A stretch of DNA of 64,000 nt from Anaeramoeba ignava BMAN (taxonomy: Eukaryota; Protista; Anaeramoebae): assembly GCA_028826165.1 (NCBI GenBank), contig JAPDFW010000058.1:515175-579174 (forward strand). Direction: 5' to 3'. A program made the position numbers and the translations under genes. Of this stretch, positions 43,269-54,500 are shown in pieces (position 1 is the stretch's first letter; the number at the start of each line of letters is the position of its first letter). The notes beneath the pieces were generated by a model, which worked only from the letters and a program-made list of their open reading frames with translations, ran no database searches and was not told where the DNA came from.

Positions 43269-46200
43269 TCAAAGTAAGCTTCTTTTTTTGTGAATTCCAG
43301 AATCGCTTCTTTCTTGAGTAAACTGCGGTTTTTTATATTCATAGAAATGAGGAGCTAAATCAGAAAGCCATTCAGGATCAACTTGAATAAGATCTCTCAT
43401 AAATATTTTAGATGTCAAAACAGTTTCATTATAAACAACAAATTGGGGAGGTTCTTGTTTAAACAGAACGGAAGTTGGATGAATCGAAAGTACTTGATTT
43501 CCCCGAATGCGGCGATATGTGCCATCGATATGAAGCTTTGCTGCGTTTGCAAAGAAGCCTGAAACAATGCATTTCAAGATGGATTTGACAGCCTCTGTTT
43601 TTTCGTTTTGATTCAATTGACGTTCGACTTCGACCTCCTCTTGGTATGAATATTCCTTGAACGGAATAGCATTCTTGATTTTCGAGAAAATGGAAACGAG
43701 CGGGATCTTAAATCTTCTCATATATGCTTTGAGCTGATTTCTGATTTGCTCTGCTCTCAATAGAGCTTTGTAGTTCAAATACATTGATTTGCACCAATCA
43801 CCATTTTTTTTCTTTCGGATGAATTCGTTATAAACATTAAGAAACGTGATATGATCACCTTCATAAACAGCAAATTTCCGTTTTGCCTTTTCAATAGCGG
43901 AATTACGTTCAGGATTGTTATAAAAAACGGATTGGACCGAGACCATTGAAGCTATTGTGAGTATTTCTTCAGAACACCCAAACTTTGCCGATTCAAGTAG
44001 CATTTTGGCAATCATTGGATTGACTGGGAATTCTGCCATTTGCTCTCCTAATTGTGTTAGATCGCCATTGTGATCAATTGCGCCAAGTGAGAATAAAAGC
44101 TCCAATCCTCTTGCAAGTGATTCTGTTGGCGGCGGAGACAGAAACTCATATCCAGCAAGATCGTCAATTCCCATTGACTGCAGTTGAAGAATCACACTTG
44201 CGAAATTTGACCGTTGGATTTCCGGTATTTCAGAATCACGAAATGATTCGCGATAGGATTGCTCTGTATATAAACGGAAGCATTTTCCTTCGCAAATTCT
44301 TCCTGCTCTGCCTGCTCGTTGTTGAGCATTTGATTTGGATATTGGTACTATGCATAATGATTCAATCTCAATTTGTGGATCATATGCTCGGATTTTCATG
44401 AATCCACAGTCAACAACATAAACAATTCCTGGGATTGTGATTGATGTTTCTGCAACATTTGTTGAGATTACAATTTTGCGAAATCCTGGTGGTGTTCTAT
44501 TGAAAACTTTCCGTTGTTCTTCCAATGGCAGAAATGCATACATTGGCAATGGGAGAAGTTTTAGTTTATTTCGTGAATGTCTTGATTTCTGTTTTTTTTG
44601 TTCGTTGATAGTTTCTTTGATTTGAGCAGCAAGTGTTTCGACTTCTTCTTGTCCTGTTAAAAAGACAAGCACATCTCCTGGAGGTTGAGTTTCGTTTATT
44701 TTGATTATTGTATTTAGAGAGGATTCCATGTAATCATTTGTTGGAGATTGTAAATAAAATATTTCTACAGGGAATAGTCTGCCTTCAATTGAAATGATAG
44801 TAGCAGTATTTTGAAAGGTAGTTGATACAACTATTTGATTTTGGATTTCATTTAAATTTTCTTTTAAATTTTGATTTAAATTTCCATTTAAATTTTGATT
44901 TGAATTTTGATTTAAATTTCCATCTAAATTTTCATTTAAATTTTGATTTGAATTTTGATTTTGATTTGAATTTTGATTTGAATTTTGATTTTGATTTTCA
45001 TTTAAATTTTGATTTGATTTTTCATTTAAATTTTGATTTGAATTTTGATTTGATTTCTGATTTAAATTTTCTTTTAAATTTTGATTTGATTTTTCATTTA
45101 AATTTTGATTTGATTTTTCATTTAAATTTTGATTTAAATTATCATTTGATTTTTCATTTGATTTCTGATTTGAATTTTGATTTGAATTTTGATTTGATTT
45201 TTGATTTAAATTCTGATTTAAATTCTGATTTAAATTTTGATTTGAATTTTGATTTGAATTTTCATTTAAATTTTGATTTGATTTTTCATTTAAATTTTGA
45301 TTTAAATTATCATTTGATTTTTCATTTGATTTCTGATTTGAATTTTCATTTGATTTTTGATTTGATTTCTGATTTGAATTTTGATTTGATTTCTGATTTG
45401 AATTTTGATTTGATTTCTGATTTGAATTTTGATTTGATTTTTCTTTTAAATTTTCTTTTAAATTTTCTTTTAAATTTTGATTTGATTTTTCATTTAAATT
45501 TTGATTTGAATTTTGATTTGATTTCTGATTTGAATTTTGATTTGATTTCTGATTTGAATTTTCATTTAAATTTTCTTTTGAATTTTCATTTAAATTTTGA
45601 TTTTGATTTGAATTTTGATTTTCATTTAAATTTTGATTTGATTTTTCATTTAAATTATCATTTGATTTTTCATTTAAATTTGAATTTTGTGAATCTTCTG
45701 ATTTATAAATCTTCTTAATTTTCACTTTTTTCCTTGTATTAAAATAAGCAAAAAAACTATCAGCATCCAAAGTAGCAGAAGAAATAATAAGTTTAAGATT
45801 TTTATTTTTTTTCAAGACTCTTTTCAACAATCCCAACAAAATATCAGAATGCAAAGTTCTTTCATGAGCTTCATCAACCATAACAACAGAATAATCCTCT
45901 AGTAAGGGATTAATCATCATTTCTCTAAGAAGCATTCCATCAGTCATATAACGAATTTTTGTCAATTCTTTGTCGGATTTCTCATCAAATCGAATTGAAT
46001 AACCGACAAGTGATCCTAATTGAACTCCCATTTCTTCTGCCACTCTTGTTGCAACTGAAATAGTGGCAACTCTTCTTGGTTGAGTGCAGGCAATTTTTTT
46101 GCCGTTTTCACTCCATCCAGCTTCATATAAATATTGTGGTATTTGTGTTGTTTTTCCACATCCTGTTTCTCCTACAATAATTACTATTCTATTTGTTTCC

Positions 46201-46370
46201 ATTAAATATAATATTTCCCTTCTTTTTTTGTTGATTGGAAGGCTTTCTCTTTGTTGTTCTATTGTTAGAAGTGAATGTGGATTGTTTACAACAAAATTCT
46301 CTTCTGTTTCAATTTCTCGATCTTCTTTTCCTGTTATTGGTACATTTTCTCCTGGTTTCCAAAAAGACAT
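43269..46370 (-). CDS. DHX35: DEAH-box RNA helicase DHX35-like with ~290-aa N/Q/S/K insertion after motif III
   Basis: N-terminal FWKPG and LTIEQQRESLP (DHX35-like), GETGCGKTT, TQPRRVA, DEAHER, SAT, STNVAETSITIPG, QRAGRAGR, HA2/OB fold. Confidence 0.9.
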   Translation of the reverse strand: MSFWKPGENVPITGKEDREIETEENFVVNNPHSLLTIEQQRESLPINKKRREILYLMETNRIVIIVGETGCGKTTQIPQYLYEAGWSENGKKIACTQPRRVATISVATRVAEEMGVQLGSLVGYSIRFDEKSDKELTKIRYMTDGMLLREMMINPLLEDYSVVMVDEAHERTLHSDILLGLLKRVLKKNKNLKLIISSATLDADSFFAYFNTRKKVKIKKIYKSEDSQNSNLNEKSNDNLNEKSNQNLNENQNSNQNQNLNENSKENLNENSNQKSNQNSNQKSNQNSNQNLNEKSNQNLKENLKENLKEKSNQNSNQKSNQNSNQKSNQNSNQKSNQKSNENSNQKSNEKSNDNLNQNLNEKSNQNLNENSNQNSNQNLNQNLNQNLNQKSNQNSNQNSNQKSNEKSNDNLNQNLNEKSNQNLNEKSNQNLKENLNQKSNQNSNQNLNEKSNQNLNENQNQNSNQNSNQNQNSNQNLNENLDGNLNQNSNQNLNGNLNQNLKENLNEIQNQIVVSTTFQNTATIISIEGRLFPVEIFYLQSPTNDYMESSLNTIIKINETQPPGDVLVFLTGQEEVETLAAQIKETINEQKKQKSRHSRNKLKLLPLPMYAFLPLEEQRKVFNRTPPGFRKIVISTNVAETSITIPGIVYVVDCGFMKIRAYDPQIEIESLCIVPISKSNAQQRAGRAGRICEGKCFRLYTEQSYRESFRDSEIPEIQRSNFASVILQLQSMGIDDLAGYEFLSPPPTESLARGLELLFSLGAIDHNGDLTQLGEQMAEFPVNPMIAKMLLESAKFGCSEEILTIASMVSVQSVFYNNPERNSAIEKAKRKFAVYEGDHITFLNVYNEFIRKKKNGDWCKSMYLNYKALLRAEQIRNQLKAYMRRFKIPLVSIFSKIKNAIPFKEYSYQEEVEVERQLNQNEKTEAVKSILKCIVSGFFANAAKLHIDGTYRRIRGNQVLSIHPTSVLFKQEPPQFVVYNETVLTSKIFMRDLIQVDPEWLSDLAPHFYEYKKPQFTQERSDSGIHKKRSLL

Positions 46371-46389
46371 TTTTAAATAAGAAATTGAA

Positions 46390-48350
46390 AAAAAATGAAA
46401 AATGAAAAATGAAAAATGAAAAATGAAAAATGAAAAATGAAAAATGAAAAATGAATTTATAAAGAAAAATTTAAAATGAAATCAATTTTAAATCAAAAAT
46501 GAAATCAATTTTAAATCAATAATGAAATCAATTTTAAATCAATAATGAAATCAATTTCAAATCAATTTCAAATCAATTTCAAATCAATTTCAAATCAAAA
46601 ATGAAATCAATTTCAAATCAATTTCAAATCAATAATGAAATCAATTTTATATCAAAAATGAAATCAATTTTATATCAATAATGAAATCAATTTTATATCA
46701 AAAATGAAATCAATTTCAAATCAATTTCAAATCAAAAATGAAATCAATTTCAAATCAATTTAAAATCAATAATTAAATCAAAAATTAAATCAAAAATTAA
46801 ATTAATAATTAAATCAATAATTAAATCAATAATTAAATCAATAATTAAATCAATAATTAAATTAATAATTAAATTAATAATTAAATTAATAATTAAATTA
46901 ATAATTAAATTAATACTTTTTAAAAATCAATAATCAAATTTTAATAATTAAATCAATAATTAAATCAATAATCAATTTTAATTAAAAATTAAATCAATAA
47001 TTAAATCAATAATCAAATTAATTTGCCCAAATGAATAATTAAATTTCAAATTTTGCCAAGGGAAAAATCCTTTTATTTCTCTGTTGAAAAATTTGAGTTT
47101 GGAAAATTTTCAAAAATTAAAAAATAATAATTAAATCAATAATTAAATCAATAATTAAATCAATCAATTTTCTTTTTCAAAAATGAATTAAAATCAATAA
47201 TTAAATCAATAAAAATCAATAATTAAATCAATAAGGTTTAAATTTCAATTTTAAAAAATTGGAATTAAATAAATAATTTAAATCAATAATTAAATCATTT
47301 AAATTAAAAAAATCAATTTAAATCAATAATTAAAAATATTTTTTAAATTAAATAAAAATTAAATTAATAATTAAATAACAACAAATCAAGAAAATAAAAA
47401 ATAATAATTAAAAATTTCCCTGTTTATGAAATTGTTTCAAATTTAATTAGATTTACAAGAAGATTAAATCAATTTTTGTTCAATCTTTATTTCAATAATT
47501 TTAAATCAATAATTAAATCAAAAAATATTAAAATCAATTAATTAAAATCCAAAATAATAATTAAATCAATAATTAAATTTTTAATAATTAAATCAAAATC
47601 AAAATTCAAATAATAATTAAATTAATAATTAAATCAATAATTAAATTAATAATTAAATCAATAATTAAATTAATAATTAAATTAATAATTAAATCAATAA
47701 TTAAATCAATAATTAAATCAATAATTAAATCAATAATTAAATGAATAATTAAAATTAATAATTAAATTAATAATTAAATTAATAATTAAATTAATAATTA
47801 AATCAATAATTAAATTAATAATTAAATCAATAATTAAATTAATAATTAAATTAATAATTAAATCAATAATTAAATTAATAATTAAATTAATAATTAAATC
47901 AATAATTAAATTAATAATTAAATTAATAATTAAATTAATAATTAAATCAATAATTAAATCAAAAATGAAATCAATTTCAAATCAATAATTAAATCAAAAA
48001 TGAAATTAATAATTAAATCAATAATTAAATTAATAATTAAATCAATAATGAAATCAATTTCAAATCAATTTCAAATCAATAATGAAATCAATTTCAAATC
48101 AATTTCAAATCAATAATGAAATCAATTTTATATCAATAATGAAATCAATTTTATATCAAAAATGAAATCAATTTCAAATCAATTTCAAATCAAAAATGAA
48201 ATCAATTTCAAATCAATAATGAAATCAATTTTATATCAAAAATGAAATTAATAATTAAATCAATAATTAAATCAATAATTAAATGAATAATTAAATTAAT
48301 AATTAAATTAATAATTAAATCAATAATTAAATTAATAATTAAATTAATTG
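46390..48350. repeat. Mosaic intergenic microsatellite block: (TGAAAAA)n, 10-11-bp aatcaatttYa/aatcaataatg and (aataattaaat)n arrays
   Basis: Direct reading; lies between the divergent DHX35 and Ig-STRA6 genes. Confidence 0.85.
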
Positions 48351-48556
48351 AAAAAGATTGAATTGAAAAAGATTAAGAAAGGAGAAAAGGGGAAAAAAAA
48401 ATCAATCAAAAAATAAGAAAGTGGAAAAAAAAAATTTTTTTAATTAAAAAATTTAATTTAAGTTTTTGAGTTATATTTTGCTAGTTTTATTCTTTTTTTC
48501 TTTTTATTTTTTTCTTTCTCTTTCTCTTTTATTTTTATTTTTATTATTATTTTTAA

Positions 48557-51500
48557 ATGGGTTGCTTTAAAAATTTTTTCAAAAAAGTATTTCATCGAAT
48601 TGGAAAACCAAGATTTCTTGATTTTGTTGGAGATGATGTTATTTTCCGTACTTTTACCATTTTCTTTCTTGCAAGTTTTTATATTTTTATTTTCGGAAGG
48701 GGAGTTCGGTACTTATTAGAAAATGCAGAAGTTAGTGTAGATAAAATTAAAATCAAGTAAATTTTTATTTTGCTTTTGTTTATTTTGCTTTTGTTTATTT
48801 TATTTTTATTTTTATTTTTATTTACTTATTTTAGTGTTGATTTCTTTGAATTCCCAAATGCCACTCAAATGTATTATCACCAATCAGTTTCTGCACAAGT
48901 AAATTGATCTTTTTGAACTCACAAAAAAAAAATAATTAATCAAAAATTTTAAAAAACAAAATTTTATTTGTATTTAATTGATATAAAATTAATATAAAAT
49001 TGATATAAAATTAATATAAAATTAATTTAAAATTGATTTAAAATTAATATAAAATTAATATAAAATTAATATAAAATTAATATAAAATTGATTTAAAATT
49101 GATTTAAAATTGATATAAAATTGATTTAAAATCAATATAAAATTAATATAAAATTGATATAAAATTGATTTAAAATTGATATAAAATTAATATAAAATTG
49201 ATATAAAATTGATTTAAAATTAATATAAAATTAATATAAAATTAATATAAAATTAATTTAAAATTAATTTAAAATTGATATAAAATTGATATAAAATTGA
49301 TTTAAAATTAATATAAAATTGATATAAAATTGATTTAAAATTGATATAAAATTGATATAAAATTAATATAAAATTGGATATAAAATTGATATAAAATTGA
49401 TATAAAATTAATATAAAATTAATATAAAATAGATATAAAATTGATTTAAAATTAATATAAAATTAATATAAAATTAATATAAAATTAATATAAAATTGAT
49501 ATAAAATTGGTTTAAAATTAATATAAAAATTAATATAAAATTAATATAAAATTGATATAAAATTGATATAAAATTTATTTAAAATTGATTTAAAATTAAT
49601 TTAAAAATTAATATAAAATTAATATAAAATTGATATAAAATTAATTTAAAATTAATATAAAATTAATATAAAATTAATATAAAATTAATATAAAATTAAT
49701 ATAAAATTAATATAAAATTAATATAAAATTGATATAAAATTAATATAAAATTGATATAAAATTGATATAAAATTGATATAAAATTGATATAAAATTAATA
49801 TAAAATTAATATAAAATTAATATAAAATTGATATAAAATTAATATAAAATTAATATAAAATTAATATAAAATTGATATAAAATTAATTTAAAATTAATAT
49901 AAAATTGATTTAAAATTGATTTAAAATTAATATAAAATTAATATAAAATTAATTATAAAATTGATTTAAAATTAATAAAATTAATATAAAATTAATATAA
50001 AATTAATATAAAATTGATTTAAAATTAATATAAAATTGATATAAAATTGATTTAAAATTAATATAAAATTGATATAAAATTGATATAAAATTAATTTAAA
50101 ATTGATTTAAAATTTTAATATAAAATTAATATAAAATTGATATAAAATTAATTTAAAATTAATATAAAATTGATTTAAAATTGATAAAATTGATATAAAA
50201 TTAATATAAAATTAATATAAAATTAATATAAAATTGATATAAAATTGATTTAAAATTAATATAAAATTAATATAAAATTGATATAAAATTAATATAAAAT
50301 TAATTTAAAATTGAATTAAAATTAATATAAAATTGATATAAAATTGATATAAAATTGATTTAAAATTAATATAAAATTGATTTAAAATTAATTTAAAATT
50401 GATATAAAATTAATATATAAAATTAATATAAAATTGATTCTATAAAATTAATATAAAATTAATATAAAATTAATATAAAATTAATATAAAATTAATATAA
50501 AATTAATATAAAATTAATATAAAATTGATTTAAAATTGATATAAAATTGATATAAAATTGATTTAAAATTAATATAAAATTAATATAAAATTAATATAAA
50601 ATTGATATAAAATTGATATAAAATTGATATAAAATTGATATAAAATTAATATAAAATTAATATAAAATTAATATAAAATTAATATAAAATTGATTTAAAA
50701 TTAATATAAAATTGATATAAAATTGATATAAAATTGATATAAAATTGATATAAAATTAATATAAAATTGATATAAAATTGATATAAAATTAATATAAAAT
50801 TAATATAAAATTGATATAAAATTGATTTAAAATTGATTTAAAATTGATTTAAAATTGATTTAAAATTAATATAAAATTGATATAAAATTAATATAAAATT
50901 GATTTAAAATTAATATAAAATTGATTTAAAATTGATATAAAATTGATATAAAATTAATATAAAATTAATATAAAATTGATTTAAAATTGATATAAAATTG
51001 ATATAAAATTGATTTAAAATTAATATAAAATTGATTTAAAATTGATATAAAATTGAATCATTTTAGCTTCGAGTTTACAAAAGATTTGAATCAGATGGCG
51101 TTCAAGATTGTAAAATATCAGTTTCTGCATCTTCATTTTCAGTTGAGAAAGCGGAGGATTGGTCTGATCTATCACTTCTGGAAATAAAAGAAAGTTTACC
51201 AAAATCAATTATTCTGGAAGGAGATCTTGTTCATTATTCAAATCAAGATGGACTTGCTAATTTCACTAACATTACTTTCATCTCTGGACCAGAAGAAACA
51301 ATTAAATTAACTTTTACTGCAGTATGTGGAAGGACTAGTCAAATAAAATTATCAGGTCCAAGTAAATAGTTAACTTTTCCAAATTTTCTTAAATTGAAAT
51401 TTTTCTCAAACATTTTTTTTTGGAATAAAAAACAAAACAGCCGAATCTCTAACTTTAAGTTCAGTCACCGAAACTGCAGAAACTTCTTTTCCAATTTATC

Positions 51501-54500
51501 TTCTTTCAAAAAGTAAAATTTTAATTTTTAACTTGAAGTTTAATTTTAATTTTAATTTGGATTTTGATTTTCAAATAGTTGATGATATTGAGATATTAGA
51601 TGAAACAAGTATTCCGATTAATTCGATAAGTTTTAATGAAGATGTATTATTACCACTAAGTATTAGATTTAATTCTGATTTGAATAACGTAAATTTGCAA
51701 TCTTCAGTTCAAATTGTTCCTCAAAATTACCGAAATTGGACATTTCCAGAATATGAAAGTTTTGGTAATAATTTCAAAATAAATAAAATAAAATAAAATA
51801 ACGGAGATAATTTTTAATTTGAATTTTCTTTTATTTAGCTATTGTAAACATAGGATCAATTACCCAGAATGACACTTTTTGCAATGTCACATTTTCTGTA
51901 TCAAGCTCAACATCATATCGAATATTATTTACTGTTTTTGCAGAAGGTGTAGAAATCTCAACACCTTTTGCATTGAAGTTTAATTCCACAGGTAAGAATA
52001 AATGAAAGAAGCAATGTTAATTTTGAAATGAAATGATTTTTTTTGTTTTGGGTTGGAAAATAAAAATAGTGTCTTCAATAAACATTACAGGAGGTTCTTC
52101 ATCTGTAGTTGAAGGAGCAGCATTTGATTCTCCTTTCTCTGTTTCAGTAAAAGATTCTGAAGGTGGACCAATTGCTGGGAAATATGTATTTGCGAAAATA
52201 TCACAAAATTGCGATAATCAACAATCTGAATATCAAGTTCCGTTGAATAATACAAAAGTACTTGAGAATTCTATTGGATATACTGACAGCAATGGAACGT
52301 AAGATATTTAATTAAATAAAAAGAAAAATGATTTTGATTTTGATTTTGATTTTGATTTTCTCTTCATATTTAATAGTGCGGAATTTACGGATTTGAAATT
52401 TTCCATTTCAGGATATACAAATGATTCATGTGATTTCAAAATCAAATTTGTGATTGATGGGATGTCTTCAGAAACTTCGGCAATCAAGGTGAATACATCT
52501 GTGGCCAGAATTATTTGGATTCGAGATATGGAAAACTTGACTATTAATGAAAACGGAGAAACTGAAGTAACTTCGTGGGGAGTTGTACATGTCGAGGATA
52601 CTTATGGAAAGGGAATTGGAAAAAAATTTGTGAAGTTTCATTCGGAGAACTTGACTTTTGTTCCAGATGGAGTAGTGTCTGATGCAAGCGGATATGCTAT
52701 TTTGACTTTCCATCACGTCGCAAAGGTAAATTCTAACGGAACACACGAATTAAATGTTTCTGTCGATACACTAAACAGCTCATCAAAGAGTTTTAATGTT
52801 TCATTTGATTTCAACGTGACAACACCACCTGCAACATGCTCAGAAATTAAGCTTACAAACTGGACGGGGAATATCAGTTCAGGAGATGATGTAAATTTGA
52901 GCATCTCCATTTTTGATTATCTCGGAGATCCTGTTTTAACAGATTTCAGTGTAACTGTGTTTGTAGATCCTGGAGATACACCAATGGGTTATGCATTTTT
53001 GAAAGATGAAGCATACTGGAATTTGACAAATGGAGAAGGTTCAATCTTAGCTAAAGTTTTTGGTATTTCTATGACAAGTGTGATCTGTGTTGTTGCTGCT
53101 GAGGGCTATGTTCCCACTCCAGAAGAATACGATTGTCGAAGTTGTTTTGAGTTGAATATCACAAATCCGATTGAGAAGGTGCATATCAAGAGCTCACCGG
53201 AACCGACAGTGCCCATCGCTCCCCAAACAGCATTTGGTGATTCTATCATTGTGGGAATTGAAACAAGAAACAATGAAATCATCCCGAATGTGACTATTCA
53301 TGTTGTTTCTTTAAATGGATATGATGGAAACCACAAACTTTTTGGAGAAAATGCGTCTTTCCGAAAAAGAAATTTATCACAAACTCTTTTTGAAATAACA
53401 GCGGCATCTGAAGACAGTAAGTGCTAAATATATTTTTTTCATTCATTTATAATTTTATTTATTTAAAAAAAAAACCATAAACAAGACACTTTTAATTTGA
53501 GTAATTTCAGAATCAATTACCCCAACTTCGATTCAGATATTTACGAACTGATTGTTTTTGTAAATGGAGTTCCTTCAAGAGAAATTGCTGAGATTTTCAT
53601 TGATTCACCATTCACAAATTGGACAATTAACGTGACCTGGAATGTTGGGCCTTATATCTCGGGATTAAACACGACTATGGATCAACCTGTTGCAAGAATC
53701 ACTGATGCAGAAGGGAAAAACGTATCAGGATATTATGTGTATGTAAGAGCAACGGATGAGAATTGCACAGAATTGGTGAATTACGACACAGGAGAGGTTG
53801 AGCCTGTTCGCAGTTACGAGCCTTCAGACGAAAATGGGATGGTTACATGGCACGTGAATCTTCTTTATGTATGGAAACCAAATGCAACAGTAATAATGTT
53901 CTTCTTGGATAACCAAGAAATATATCACGAGAATATCACGATAAACGCGACGCGAGAAAAACTGAGACTGAGCAAATTCGAGATGCGTCCGATTGTGTAT
54001 TCAAACAAAACATTCCCATTTCCGATACAAATCCTCGTTGTTCGAGATTCAGATTCGACTGCTGTGAAGGATAAAACAGTGATTGTGTGGGATCTAGTCA
54101 GTGATCTTTGGGATGAATGGGAATATCTTGCTCAGGCAACAACAAACGAGAACGGAATCGCAACATTCTCGAAATTGAAGGTGGATCACAATCTCACAAT
54201 GCAGTTTGATTGCGACGATTGGTATCCTGGAGAGGTTGAGGTGAATGTAACAACAGAACCCACAAATTTGGTGGTTATCCAGGAAAGACTAAATGGATCC
54301 ATCATTGGATATCCTTTTTCACTGCCGCCTTCTCCTCTTTTTGTAAACCAAGAAGCATACATCTCTTCGGTTGTGGTTGGATTGTATTCAAATTCAACTC
54401 CGATATCTGGAAAGGCAATTCTCGCTTCATTTAAGAAAAACAAAGGAGATGGAGTCTTGGATAGCTCAGTTGCAGGTGCAACAACTGACAAAAACGGTAT

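Noticed and set aside
44822-45718. Intein in DHX35 (or in the WDR26 insertions)
   Set aside because: No N-terminal Cys/Ser block, no His-Asn|Cys/Ser/Thr junction, no LAGLIDADG motifs; pure low complexity.
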